Positions 36,341 through 46,872 of a stretch of 64,000 bases of DNA are shown in pieces. Positions within the stretch are counted from its first letter, which is position 1. Each line of letters opens with the position of its first letter. The notes beneath the pieces were generated by a model, which was not told the origin of the DNA, did not search any database, and saw only the letters and a list, made by a program, of their open reading frames with translations. The translations under genes and the position numbers were made by a program. Source of the DNA: an uncultured Mycoplasmatota bacterium (GTDB taxonomy: Bacteria; Bacillota_I; Bacilli_A; RF39; UBA660); NCBI GenBank assembly GCA_900549285.1, contig URNW01000001.1, positions 32,252 to 96,251 of the forward strand, given 5' to 3'.

Positions 36341-37108
36341 ATGAAAGAAATATTTGTGTATAGTAGTTTAATTTTTTATTTAAGTTCATTTATTGGCTAT
36401 ATATTAGAAGTATTTTGGTGCTATTTAGGATCTAAAAAATTTGTTAATCGTGGCTTTTTGTGTGGACCTGTAATACCAATTTATGGATTAGGAGCACTTT
36501 TGATATTATTTTGCTTATTAAGATATTATGAAGATCCAGTTGTTGTTTTTGTCTTTGGAGTTATTATTACCAGTGCCCTAGAGTATTTTACATCTTTTAT
36601 TTTAGAAAAAATATTTCATAATAAATGGTGGGATTATAGTAATAGAAAATATAATATTAATGGGCGAATTTGTTTACAAAATTCTTTTGCATTTGGAATT
36701 TTATCACTATTAATAGTATATGCTGTAACCCCTGGATTTTATTTTTTATTCAGTTTATTTAGTTTTAAAGTATGGGAAGTATTAGCCATTATTTTTACAA
36801 TATTCTTTGTGTTAGATGTCATATATTCCGTTATTATAGCTTACAATTTAAGAAATAGAATTATTATTGTTGAAGAACTAAAAAATGAAAAGATTGCCAT
36901 GATTCCAATTATCTTTGAAAAAAGATTAAAAGAAAGTATAGAAGGCTTTAAAGCTTTTCCAAGCAGACTTTTAAAAGCTTTCCCAAACCTTGATAATAAT
37001 GTTTTTGAAATGATGAAAAAATATCGTGAAGAAAATAAATTAAAAAGAAAAGAATTTAAGAAACATCAAAAATTAAAAGGCAAAAGAAAAAAGATAGCTA
37101 AAAATTAG
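36341..37108 (+). CDS. DUF1113-type polytopic membrane protein (putative ABC-transporter type IV).
   Basis: Conserved GPVIPIYGLGA motif. Multiple TM segments. Paralog of 49320-49976. Confidence 0.55.
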   Translation: MKEIFVYSSLIFYLSSFIGYILEVFWCYLGSKKFVNRGFLCGPVIPIYGLGALLILFCLLRYYEDPVVVFVFGVIITSALEYFTSFILEKIFHNKWWDYSNRKYNINGRICLQNSFAFGILSLLIVYAVTPGFYFLFSLFSFKVWEVLAIIFTIFFVLDVIYSVIIAYNLRNRIIIVEELKNEKIAMIPIIFEKRLKESIEGFKAFPSRLLKAFPNLDNNVFEMMKKYREENKLKRKEFKKHQKLKGKRKKIAKN

Positions 37109-37326
37109 TTATCTTTTTCAAATACGATCTTTATATTATGCTTTTTACATATTTCTAAAATAGTCTCATAATAAAACCTAGAATTACCAGTTTCAATCTC
37201 TTTAATACCATGACGGCTTTTTCTATTTAATTCTTTAGCAAGTTCGTCTTGAGTTAATCCCGTCCATTCTCTTAATATCTTAAAAGTTTCATGTGGCTCA
37301 TAGTTATTTGCCAATAGTCGCATCAT
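37105..37326 (-). CDS. XRE-family HTH regulator.
   Basis: GLTQDELAKEL HTH. Divergent from the 37503 gene. Confidence 0.75.
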   Translation of the reverse strand: MMRLLANNYEPHETFKILREWTGLTQDELAKELNRKSRHGIKEIETGNSRFYYETILEICKKHNIKIVFEKDN

Positions 37327-37385
37327 AAGTTATACCTCCTAAATCAAGGTTACTATAAAAAAACTTAAAATTATCATAAAGGTGG

Positions 37386-37444
37386 TTGACAACTACCTTT
37401 TGGTGTGATAAATTATATTTAATATAAGGTAGCTATTATCTACC
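37386..37444 (+). promoter_or_regulatory. Promoter of the 37503 gene, with palindromic operators.
   Basis: TTGACA, 17-nt spacer, TGaTAAATT. Near-palindrome GGTGGTTGACAACTACC overlaps the -35. Inverted repeat GGTAG-ctattat-CTACC at 37428-37444. Confidence 0.4.
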
Positions 37445-37502
37445 ATTATAAATATTTATTTATTAAAGTAAATGAAGCATAACATCACAAAGGAGAGTAA
37501 CT

Positions 37503-39191
37503 ATGGAATTTGAGGTATTAAAAAGAAGTCATTTAAAAAGAAATATGGTGATTGTATTACTAGTCGTAGCAATAATTAGTGCAATAGTACTTAATTTTAC
37601 TAGAGCAAAATACAAAACAGAAGAGTCTATTCCCCTAATAAATGGCACAATTAACTATAAAATACCAGACTTTAACACTTTAGCTATATATATTGAGGAT
37701 AGTAATAATAATTATATTTCTACAAATGAAGTACCAAGTGATGGATATGATTTCAATCAAGAAAAAAGCTATTGTACAACAAATAATAAAACGGATACAT
37801 CAATCCAAATAGAATATTTAAATGGGTTAATTTCGTTAAGTAATATTAATAAACGTACCAAGTGTTATTTTTATTTTAATTTACAAGAAAACGCTACAAA
37901 CTTAAAAGATAAGATAATAGCAAATAATGGTGGCAAAGAAAAATTAGAAACAAATATAATAAAAGACTTTTCTGTCATTGCACCTAGAACAATAAAAACT
38001 GTAGATGAAGGAACAAAAGAAAGCAGCGTATTTAGTACAGACGCTACTATAATAACTTACCTTGCATATGCAGATAGCTATGATTTTAATGAAGAAACGG
38101 GATTATACAGTTTAAATGACCCAATAATAAGCTCCTATCAAGAAGCATATAATAAAATAAAAGGAAAATATATATCAACACCATATTATACAAGTGAAAC
38201 ATCAACGAATATTCCAACAAATAATTTAGAACAAGTATATGAAGTAACAGATACTAATTCTAAATTAATATATATGAAAGAATCCGTAAAAACTCAAATT
38301 TCTGATATGAATGACAAAGGATTATACAAAACAAGTGATAGTTATGGGACAAGTTATTATTTTAGAGGTGCCGTAGATAATAATTGGCTATATTTTGCAG
38401 GATTTTACTGGCGAATTATCAGAATTAATGGAGATGGATCAATTAGACTGATATATACTGGAAAAAAAGGGGAAGTAATTCCCGCTAATGCTCCTGTTTC
38501 ATATCGAAATATCAATACTGTATTAAACAATAGTAATAACTATCCATACACAATGTATACGAATCAAGCAGAATATGTGGGATATATGTATGAATTAGGA
38601 TTATCTCATGGTGTAAAATATGATAGTTTTATCAAAAGTATAGTAGATGCATGGTATAAAAATAACTTAAAAAATTATACATCATATTTAGCAGATAATG
38701 GATTTTGCAATGATAGAAGTAGTGTAGTTTTAGGAAGTGTAACAACACCAGCAGAAGCAATAGGAACTAATCAAGTAGATTTTAATCCGTTGATTAGAAA
38801 TTATATTAATAAAAATCCAAGTTTAAAATGTTCCAATAAAGAAGATAATTTTACTGTTCAAGATATTCAAAATGGAAATGGTGCTTTAACATATCCAATA
38901 GGATTAATTACAATTGATGAAGTAGCCTATGCGGGAGCGGTATATGAAAAAGTAAATCACAATAATTATTTAACTAATGCAGTAAATTATTGGACAATGA
39001 GCCCGTTTAATAGTGGAAATGGCAAATATAAAATGAGTAATATGAATGTAGCTTGGAATGGTATGATAGCATCAGATCAATCAAATAATGCCAATGGTGG
39101 CATAAGACCAGTTATTAGTTTAAAATCAACTGTAAAAGCAATTGGCAATGGTACTTCTTCAAACCCTTATGTTGTTATTAGTACAGAATAA
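37503..39191 (+). CDS. N-terminally anchored extracellular protein of unknown function (562 aa). Paralog of 59874-61178.
   Basis: Signal-anchor N-terminus. Shares with its paralog the N-terminal 130 aa, the block FAGFYWRIIRINGDG..RLIY, and the C-terminal PIGLI..DEVAYAG...WTMSP...GIRPVI.L.S.V.I..GNGTS..PY motifs. Confidence 0.6.
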   Translation: MEFEVLKRSHLKRNMVIVLLVVAIISAIVLNFTRAKYKTEESIPLINGTINYKIPDFNTLAIYIEDSNNNYISTNEVPSDGYDFNQEKSYCTTNNKTDTSIQIEYLNGLISLSNINKRTKCYFYFNLQENATNLKDKIIANNGGKEKLETNIIKDFSVIAPRTIKTVDEGTKESSVFSTDATIITYLAYADSYDFNEETGLYSLNDPIISSYQEAYNKIKGKYISTPYYTSETSTNIPTNNLEQVYEVTDTNSKLIYMKESVKTQISDMNDKGLYKTSDSYGTSYYFRGAVDNNWLYFAGFYWRIIRINGDGSIRLIYTGKKGEVIPANAPVSYRNINTVLNNSNNYPYTMYTNQAEYVGYMYELGLSHGVKYDSFIKSIVDAWYKNNLKNYTSYLADNGFCNDRSSVVLGSVTTPAEAIGTNQVDFNPLIRNYINKNPSLKCSNKEDNFTVQDIQNGNGALTYPIGLITIDEVAYAGAVYEKVNHNNYLTNAVNYWTMSPFNSGNGKYKMSNMNVAWNGMIASDQSNNANGGIRPVISLKSTVKAIGNGTSSNPYVVISTE

Positions 39192-39214
39192 AGATTTTTC
39201 TTTAATCTTTTTTC
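39190..39214 (+). terminator. Rho-independent terminator.
   Basis: AAAGATT-tttcttt-AATCTTT followed by TTT. Confidence 0.5.
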
Positions 39215-39245
39215 ATTTTAAGTTATAATATTATTGGTGTTAAAT

Positions 39246-41045
39246 ATGAAAAAAGAAAACATACGTAATTTTTCAATTATAGCTCATATTGATCATGGAA
39301 AAAGTACTTTAGCAGATCGTATTTTGGAATATACGGGGGCAATTGATAAAAGAGAGATGAAAGATCAAGTATTAGACAGCATGGATCTAGAGCGGGAGCG
39401 AGGCATTACTATAAAACTAAATGCTGTTGAGCTTCATACAAAATATAATAATGAAGAATATATCTTAAATTTAATTGATACTCCTGGTCATGTCGATTTT
39501 TCTTATGAAGTTTCTCGTAGTCTTGCTGCCTGTGAAGGAGCAGTGTTAGTTGTAGATGCAGCTCAAGGAATAGAAGCACAAACGATAGCAAACTTATATT
39601 TGGCTATGCAAAATGAATTAACGATTATTCCTGTAATTAATAAAATTGATTTACCAAATGCCGATATTCCACGAGTAACCGAAGAATTAAAGAAAGTATT
39701 TGGATTTAATGAAGATGAAATTGTTTTGTGTAGTGGCAAAACAGGAGAGGGAATACCTTTGTTGATTGAAGAAATAATAAAAAGAGTTCCCTCACCTATA
39801 ATAAGAGAAAATAGTAAGACAAGAGCTTTAATCTTTGATAGTCGTTATGATGCTTATAGAGGAGTAATAGCTTTAGTAAAAGTAGTAGATGGTTCTTTAA
39901 AAGTAAAAGACCATATTAAACTGATGCAAAGTAATTCTGATTTTGAAATTGTTGAATTAGGTGTATCAACCCCAAAAGAGGTTAAAAAAGGCGAATTAAC
40001 AGTCGGAGAAGTAGGATATGTTTGTGCAAGCATTAAAGATATATCAAAAGTTCAAGTAGGAGATACTATTACATTGTTTAATGATCCTGCTACAACTCCC
40101 ATAAAAGGATATCAACCTATGAAACCCATGGTTTATTCTGGTTTATTTCCTGTAGAACCGAATCGTTTTGAAGATCTAAAAGAAGCATTAAATAAATTAA
40201 AATTAAATGATGCAGCATTAAGTTTTGAAGCTGAAACATCAGATGCTTTAGGCTTTGGATTTCGAACAGGATTTTTAGGATTGCTACATATGGATGTAAT
40301 TATGACAAGAATTGAAAGAGAATTTGGGATTGATATTATTGCCACTAGTCCTAGTGTAATATATGAAATAATGTTAAATAATGGGGAATTAATAAAAATC
40401 GATTCTCCTAACAAAATGCCAGAGCGTACTTCGATAGCATGGATTAAAGAGCCATTTATTTATACAAATATAATTGTTCCAAGTGAATATATAGGAGCAA
40501 TCATGGAACTATGCCAAAATAAACGAGGTATTTATAAAACAATGGAATATATAGATGAAACAAGGGTAAATATACATTATAATATTCCACTATCTGAAAT
40601 TGTCTATGATTTTTTTGATAAATTAAAAAGTTATACAAAAGGATATGCTTCTTTTGATTATGAAATTTGTGGATATGAAGAATCAAACTTAGTAAAAATG
40701 GATATTTTATTAAATGGAAAAGTAGTAGATGCTTTAAGTATGATTGTCCATAAAGATTTTGCTTATGAACGTGGAAGAAAAATAGTAAAAAAATTAAAAG
40801 AATTGATTCCTAGACAGATGTTTGAACTGCCTATTCAAGCAAGTATTGGCTCTAAAGTAATAGCAAGAGAAACTGTAAGCGCTATGCGTAAAAATGTTTT
40901 AGCTAAATGTTATGGCGGTGATATATCACGAAAAAGAAAGCTATTAGAGCATCAAAAAGAAGGTAAAAAAAGAATGAAAATGGTGGGATCGGTAGAAGTT
41001 CCACAAGAAGCATTTTTAGCTGTTTTAAGTGGGGAGGATGAATAA
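39246..41045 (+). CDS. lepA: Elongation factor 4 (LepA).
   Basis: [14 protein letters not shown]-domain. Likely ATG at 39246. Confidence 0.9.
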   Translation: MKKENIRNFSIIAHIDHGKSTLADRILEYTGAIDKREMKDQVLDSMDLERERGITIKLNAVELHTKYNNEEYILNLIDTPGHVDFSYEVSRSLAACEGAVLVVDAAQGIEAQTIANLYLAMQNELTIIPVINKIDLPNADIPRVTEELKKVFGFNEDEIVLCSGKTGEGIPLLIEEIIKRVPSPIIRENSKTRALIFDSRYDAYRGVIALVKVVDGSLKVKDHIKLMQSNSDFEIVELGVSTPKEVKKGELTVGEVGYVCASIKDISKVQVGDTITLFNDPATTPIKGYQPMKPMVYSGLFPVEPNRFEDLKEALNKLKLNDAALSFEAETSDALGFGFRTGFLGLLHMDVIMTRIEREFGIDIIATSPSVIYEIMLNNGELIKIDSPNKMPERTSIAWIKEPFIYTNIIVPSEYIGAIMELCQNKRGIYKTMEYIDETRVNIHYNIPLSEIVYDFFDKLKSYTKGYASFDYEICGYEESNLVKMDILLNGKVVDALSMIVHKDFAYERGRKIVKKLKELIPRQMFELPIQASIGSKVIARETVSAMRKNVLAKCYGGDISRKRKLLEHQKEGKKRMKMVGSVEVPQEAFLAVLSGEDE

Positions 41046-41461
41046 TGAATAACGAATATTTAATTTCTATTGGAAAATATGTAATAGAAGGACATACAAT
41101 CAAAGAAACTGCACAACATTTTAACAAATCAGAATCTAGTATTCAAAAATATTTAGCTAAAATAAGAAATCCTCAATCTGAGAATTATAATGAAATTTTA
41201 GCTGAAAAATTAAAATTAGCACAATTAAAAATGGAATTGCAAGGTCGTAAAAAAGGTGGATCAAATGGCAAAAGAGGAAAAACCTATGAGGAATTCACTG
41301 CTAGAATGTATGCAGAAGCATATTTAAGTGGACTAACTATTAAGCAGCTTGCTGATCTAAGTGGTATTCCTAAAAGTACTTTACATGATATGATAAGAGA
41401 AATTGATGATGAAAAGTTACAAAAAGTAATAGATGAATACACGTATAGAGGAATAAAATGA
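41045..41461 (+). CDS. SpoIIID-like transcriptional regulator with a duplicated C-terminal HTH.
   Basis: N-terminus ISIGKYVIEGHTIKETAQHFNKSESSIQKYL and RKKGG basic patch resemble B. subtilis SpoIIID. A second HTH-like segment (LTIKQLADLSGIPKSTLHDMI) follows. Confidence 0.55.
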   Translation: MNNEYLISIGKYVIEGHTIKETAQHFNKSESSIQKYLAKIRNPQSENYNEILAEKLKLAQLKMELQGRKKGGSNGKRGKTYEEFTARMYAEAYLSGLTIKQLADLSGIPKSTLHDMIREIDDEKLQKVIDEYTYRGIK

Positions 41462-42549
41462 AAAAAATAAAATCGGTATATATTCATATTCCTTTTTGTA
41501 ATAGCATTTGTTCTTATTGTGATTTTTGCAAAGTCATGTATAATAAAGACTGGGTAAAACCATATCTAAAAAGATTAGAAGAAGAAATAGACAATTCATA
41601 TATGGGAGAAGAGATCGATACACTTTATATAGGTGGGGGAACACCAAGCAGCTTAGATATAGATGAGCTAAAAGAGTTATTTACCATTTTACAAAAATTT
41701 AACAAGTCCAAAGATATTGAACTCACTTTTGAATGTAATTTAAATGATCTTGAAAAAGAAAAATTTAAATTTTTATATACACAAGGAGTAAATAGATTAA
41801 GTATCGGAATTGAATCTTTTGATGAAGAAAAATTAGAGTTTATGAAAAGAGAAAGTAATTTCAAATTAGCCAAAAAGAAAATAGAGATGTTACATCAAAT
41901 TGGATTTCATAATATTAATCTTGATTTGATATATGCAATTCCTAAAGAAACTCCTAAGATGTTAAAAAAAGACCTACATAAATTTTTAAAATTAAAACCA
42001 GAACACATCAGTACTTATAGCTTAATCATTGAAAAAAACACATTAGTAGGTCTAAATAAAGTAAAACCAATTGAAGAAGAAAGAGATTTCAAACTTTATG
42101 AAATCATTTGCAAAACTTTAAAGAAAAAAGGTTTTATTCATTATGAAATATCCAATTTTGCCAAAAAAGGGTTTGAATCTAAACATAATTTAACTTATTG
42201 GAATAATGAGGAATATTATGGCTTTGGTGTAGGAGCAAGTGGTTTTGTCGAAGCAATTCGTTATGAAAATACCAAAAGCTTAACTGAATATTTAAAGGGA
42301 AATTTCATTAGTAGTAAATCTTTAATGAGTAAAGTAGATAATATGGAAAATGAACTCATTTTAGGTTTTAGAAAACTAGAAGGAATTAATTTAAATCATT
42401 TTTTTGATAAATTTGAAGAAAATATGCAAAATATATTTCCTATTAAACCTTTAATAAAAAGCAAAGATCTTATCTATAAAAATGGATATATATATATAAA
42501 TCCTAAAAAACTATATATAATGAATGAAATTTTAATAAAGCTAATTTAA
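41458..42549 (+). CDS. hemW: Radical SAM heme chaperone HemW (coproporphyrinogen III oxidase-like).
   Basis: CxxxCxxC cluster (CNSICSYCDFC). Sits downstream of lepA. Confidence 0.85.
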   Translation: MKKIKSVYIHIPFCNSICSYCDFCKVMYNKDWVKPYLKRLEEEIDNSYMGEEIDTLYIGGGTPSSLDIDELKELFTILQKFNKSKDIELTFECNLNDLEKEKFKFLYTQGVNRLSIGIESFDEEKLEFMKRESNFKLAKKKIEMLHQIGFHNINLDLIYAIPKETPKMLKKDLHKFLKLKPEHISTYSLIIEKNTLVGLNKVKPIEEERDFKLYEIICKTLKKKGFIHYEISNFAKKGFESKHNLTYWNNEEYYGFGVGASGFVEAIRYENTKSLTEYLKGNFISSKSLMSKVDNMENELILGFRKLEGINLNHFFDKFEENMQNIFPIKPLIKSKDLIYKNGYIYINPKKLYIMNEILIKLI

Positions 42550-42572
42550 GAAAGAATAATCTTTCTTTTTTT
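42550..42572 (+). terminator. Rho-independent terminator.
   Basis: GAAAGA-ataa-TCTTTC followed by TTTTTTT. Confidence 0.55.
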
Positions 42573-42589
42573 GTTTAAACTAAATTTAG

Positions 42590-43000
42590 GTGAAAGCTAT
42601 GCTAAAAAAATTAGTGATTCTAAATGGTAAATTATCTACAAATTTTGATTCTCTAAATACTAGATATACGGTTGATACTGATCAGGAAGTAGAAAAATTA
42701 GAAATAGAATATGTTATAGAGGAAAGTGATCAAATTTCCATATTTAATAATCAAATAAATAACAATCAAAGCGAAATTGTTATAACTGTTTATAATGATG
42801 AAGAAAGTATGAGTTATTATTTAGAAGTTTATCCCACTAAAACAATCTTAAAAGAAGACAATGAAAAATATTTAGAATCATTAGAACTAAATCAAAATAA
42901 AGCTATACCTAAATATGTAACAGGATTGATTATAGGTACTTGTTTTATAATGATTTTTTTACTTTTTATAATTTTATTTAAAAAAAAGAAAAATTACTAA
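42590..43000 (+). CDS. Hypothetical C-terminally anchored protein.
   Basis: C-terminal TM helix, then KKKKNY. Confidence 0.4.
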   Translation: MKAMLKKLVILNGKLSTNFDSLNTRYTVDTDQEVEKLEIEYVIEESDQISIFNNQINNNQSEIVITVYNDEESMSYYLEVYPTKTILKEDNEKYLESLELNQNKAIPKYVTGLIIGTCFIMIFLLFIILFKKKKNY

Positions 43001-43135
43001 TAGTGTTAATTTGAGTGATGAAAATATTCTAATTTATTTTATAATGGATATGATTTCATTAACCAATCATATCAAATTGCTCTTTTGCTTTATTCTTAAT
43101 CCTCTGATACAATACCAAAAGAAAGGAGGAAAAGA

Positions 43136-43855
43136 ATGTCAGATATCAAGTTATATTTAAAAAAGTATTTAAAAGAAATTATTTTTGGAGGTCTTTTACT
43201 AGGATGTGTAACTCTTACTTGTTACAGTATTTTTGCACCAAAAAAGGATACTCAAACATTTCAAAATGATAATTTTCTAGTAAATACTGAAAAAGAAGAG
43301 AAAAGCGAAACAAAACCTCAGAATGTACACGTAGATATAAAAGGAGCAGTTAAAAATCCTGGGGTATATGAGGTAGAAGAAAACTCTATAGTAAGTGATG
43401 TCATTACTCTTGCAGGTGGCTTTAACGAAGATGCGGATAAAGAAAGTATTAATTTAAGTAAAAAAGTAAGTGATGAAATGGTCATATATATTTATACTAC
43501 AAAAGAAATGGCAAAAAATGAATCTAAAAAAAATAGTAGCACCTCAACAAGTAGTTGTAAAAGTAAAAGTTATAATATAAAAGATTGTGTAGAAAAAAAA
43601 GAAAGCATTATAATTCCTGGAGAAGGTGATAATAAAACAACAAGCGAAAGCGAAAAAATCCCTAAAATAATAAATATTAATACAGCTACCAAAGAAGAAT
43701 TAATGACATTAAACGGAATTGGTGAAGTAAAAGCACAAGCCATTATAGAATACCGTAATACTAATGGCAATTTTAAAAGCATTGAAGAGATTGAAAAGGT
43801 AAAAGGAATAGGCAATGCCGTTTTTGCAAAAATTAAGAATTATATTACAATCTAA
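43136..43855 (+). CDS. comEA: Competence protein ComEA (SLBB + HhH DNA-binding).
   Basis: N-terminal TM. C-terminal helix-hairpin-helix LNGIGEVKAQAI...VKGIGNAVFAKI. Confidence 0.85.
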   Translation: MSDIKLYLKKYLKEIIFGGLLLGCVTLTCYSIFAPKKDTQTFQNDNFLVNTEKEEKSETKPQNVHVDIKGAVKNPGVYEVEENSIVSDVITLAGGFNEDADKESINLSKKVSDEMVIYIYTTKEMAKNESKKNSSTSTSSCKSKSYNIKDCVEKKESIIIPGEGDNKTTSESEKIPKIININTATKEELMTLNGIGEVKAQAIIEYRNTNGNFKSIEEIEKVKGIGNAVFAKIKNYITI

Positions 43856-45884
43856 AAAATTTATTGTATTAAGTTTATTATTAATCATTTTATATATTTT
43901 AATATTTACAAGGTTGATAAGTTATGCAAGTAAATTAGATAAAAATACTAAAAGTTTGACTGGAACTATTTTGTCCTATACGATTGATGGGGATAAATTA
44001 AGTATGCTCATTAAATCTCAAGAAAAAATTAAAGTAAATTATTATATAGATTCATTATCAGAAAAAGAGTATTTAGAAAATAATATATTATTAGGTTCTA
44101 CAATATATTTAGAAGGAGAAATAACAGTACCATATAATAATACAATACCAAATACTTTTAATTACAAAGAATATTTATATAATAATAAAATATATATAAT
44201 CTTTAATGCTGAGAAGATAATTCTATCAAATAAGACAGATATATTTAATAAAATAAAAACCAATTTAATAAGAAAAATAAACAAAATAGGGGAATCAAGT
44301 GCATATTTACATGCCTTGATTTTGGGTGAAAGTGATTATATAGATAATGACGTTTATGAGAATTACAAGAAAAATGGAACAACTCATTTATTTGCTGTTT
44401 CTGGAATGCATATAGGGGCAGTGGCTTTGTTTTTAACTGCACTATTTAAAAGAATGCATTTAAAAGAATGCGTAGGGAATATCATAATTATAATATTTTT
44501 AATATTTTATATGTTTTTAGTAGGATTTACTCCTTCTGTATTACGAGGAGGGCTTCTTTTTATATTTTTACTAATTAATAAAAAAAGTAGATTGAATTTA
44601 AAAACAATAAATGTATTATATTTATTATTTTTAATATTAATAATAATAAATCCCTTTTATATTTACAATCTTGGCTTTATATATTCCTTTACAACCTCAT
44701 TTGGATTAATTTTATTTAGCAATAAGATAACTGGAAACTATATAATTCAATTAATAAAAATAAGTACAATTGCTTTTATGTTCAGTCTACCTATCACTAT
44801 TTATAATTTTTATGAAATAAATCTTCTAACAATTCTAAATAATATCATAATAGTTCCCTTTGTTACAATCATTTTGTTTCCCTTAACTTTTTTAGTATTT
44901 CTTTTGCCAATCTTATCACCTTTATTGTCTATAGGAATTAAAATTTTGGAGGGGTTAAGCGAAATTTTAAATATTTTTGCCATAAATTTAACCGTTCCTA
45001 AAATCAATATAATTTATATTTTAATTTATTATATAATAATCCTAATGGTTTATAAATTTCATTTTAAATATGCAATTTTTTTAATTGTTTTAACTATAGT
45101 ATATAAAATACAACCTTATTTAGACCCAAATTCTTATCTTTATTTTTTAGATGTAGGGCAAGGAGATAGTAGTGTAATAGTAGGAAATAATTTAAACTAT
45201 GCCATCATGATTGATACAGGAGGACTAATTAGTTACGAAAAAGAATCATGGCAAAAAAGAAATAAGACATTTGATAACGCAAATAATATAATTACATTTC
45301 TAAAGAGTATAGGCATCTCAAAATTGGATTTACTAATAGGAACTCATGGCGATATTGATCATATAGGCTATGCTGATCAAATAATAAATGAAATAAAAGT
45401 TAAAAATGTTTGGCTGAATAATAACGAAACAAATGATTTAGAAAAAAATATACTTTCTAAAATTAATAAAAACAATTTTACTAAATTAAGAATATTAAAT
45501 TTAAATAATACAATAGTAGAAGATGAGAATGAAAGTTCACTGGTACTGTATTTTAAAATAGATCAAGTAAATGTATTAATGATGGGTGATGCTCCCAAAA
45601 GAATTGAAAAAGAGATTTCAGAGCAATATGACTTTCCTGTAGACATATTAAAAGTAGGTCATCATGGTTCTAAAACCAGTACTGATAAATCATTTGTAGA
45701 AAAATATCAGCCTAAATACGCGATCATTTCATCTGGAAGAAATAATCGCTATAATCATCCATCCATAGAAACAATTGAAACTTTACAGGAATTTAATATT
45801 CCATATTATAATACTCAAGATAGAGGAACAATTGTTTATACAATCAAAGATCAAATAAAAAAAGTCAACTTTTTTCCACCTTAA
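43815..45884 (+). CDS. comEC: DNA internalization competence protein ComEC/Rec2.
   Basis: Polytopic N-terminal region plus C-terminal metallo-beta-lactamase motif (HGDIDHIG...GHHGS). Confidence 0.85.
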   Translation: MPFLQKLRIILQSKKFIVLSLLLIILYILIFTRLISYASKLDKNTKSLTGTILSYTIDGDKLSMLIKSQEKIKVNYYIDSLSEKEYLENNILLGSTIYLEGEITVPYNNTIPNTFNYKEYLYNNKIYIIFNAEKIILSNKTDIFNKIKTNLIRKINKIGESSAYLHALILGESDYIDNDVYENYKKNGTTHLFAVSGMHIGAVALFLTALFKRMHLKECVGNIIIIIFLIFYMFLVGFTPSVLRGGLLFIFLLINKKSRLNLKTINVLYLLFLILIIINPFYIYNLGFIYSFTTSFGLILFSNKITGNYIIQLIKISTIAFMFSLPITIYNFYEINLLTILNNIIIVPFVTIILFPLTFLVFLLPILSPLLSIGIKILEGLSEILNIFAINLTVPKINIIYILIYYIIILMVYKFHFKYAIFLIVLTIVYKIQPYLDPNSYLYFLDVGQGDSSVIVGNNLNYAIMIDTGGLISYEKESWQKRNKTFDNANNIITFLKSIGISKLDLLIGTHGDIDHIGYADQIINEIKVKNVWLNNNETNDLEKNILSKINKNNFTKLRILNLNNTIVEDENESSLVLYFKIDQVNVLMMGDAPKRIEKEISEQYDFPVDILKVGHHGSKTSTDKSFVEKYQPKYAIISSGRNNRYNHPSIETIETLQEFNIPYYNTQDRGTIVYTIKDQIKKVNFFPP

Positions 45885-45930
45885 TATATATATTTTAAAG
45901 ATTTAATGATATAATTAAAAAGTGGTAAAT

Positions 45931-46872
45931 ATGAAGATAGTATTAATAAATGGTGAAAGTATATTACTAATTAATGAAAAGATTAATAGCATTATAAAAG
46001 AAAATAAAAATATAACTTCTTTTGATATGATAAATAGCAGTATAGATGATATCTTATTAGAAGCGGGATATTTTTCTATGTTTGATGAAGAAAAATATAT
46101 TATTATAAGAAATGCTAACTTTTTTAGTAGTGATAAAATAAGTGAAAAAGAATTAGCTTCTCTTATGAATTATTTAGAAAATCCCAATCCTTTAACCAAT
46201 CTTATATTTGTTTGTCATGAAAAAATAGATTTTCGTAAAAAAATAACAAAATTAATAAAAGAGAAATATGAAATTATTACGATTCCTAATCTGAAAGTCT
46301 ATGAAATTGAAAATAAAGTAGAGCAATATTTTCAAAAAGAACATTATAAAATTGATAGGGAAACAATAAAATATATTATTTCTAACAGTTTGAATAATTA
46401 TGATTTAGTAATGAATGAAATAAAAAAGATTGTATTATATTATAATAATCCATGCTATATAAAAAAAACAGATGTAGAAAATATGATTTCTAAATCAATT
46501 AATACAAATAATTTTTTGTTTGTTGATGCATTAATTGCAGGAGACTTAGAGGGAAGCCTAAATCTATTAAAAGATTTAAAAGTAATGAAAGTAGAGCCTA
46601 CTATTATATTAACTTTAATTGCTAGAGATATTCGCATTATGTTAAATATCAAAAAATTATTAGAACAAAATAAGAGGGAATATGAGATATTAAATGAATT
46701 AAAATTAATGGATTGGCAATTAGAAAAATATTTAAAAAAGGCATTCCCTTATAAAATAAAAGAATTAGAAGAATGGCTAGTTAAATTAGAAGAGTTAGAT
46801 TTAAAAATAAAAAGCGGAAAGTTAGATAAATATTATGCTTTAGAACTTTTAATATTGGATATTTGTACATAA
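45931..46872 (+). CDS. holA: DNA polymerase III delta subunit.
   Basis: Conserved comEA-comEC-holA order. Size and pattern fit the delta subunit. Confidence 0.7.
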   Translation: MKIVLINGESILLINEKINSIIKENKNITSFDMINSSIDDILLEAGYFSMFDEEKYIIIRNANFFSSDKISEKELASLMNYLENPNPLTNLIFVCHEKIDFRKKITKLIKEKYEIITIPNLKVYEIENKVEQYFQKEHYKIDRETIKYIISNSLNNYDLVMNEIKKIVLYYNNPCYIKKTDVENMISKSINTNNFLFVDALIAGDLEGSLNLLKDLKVMKVEPTIILTLIARDIRIMLNIKKLLEQNKREYEILNELKLMDWQLEKYLKKAFPYKIKELEEWLVKLEELDLKIKSGKLDKYYALELLILDICT

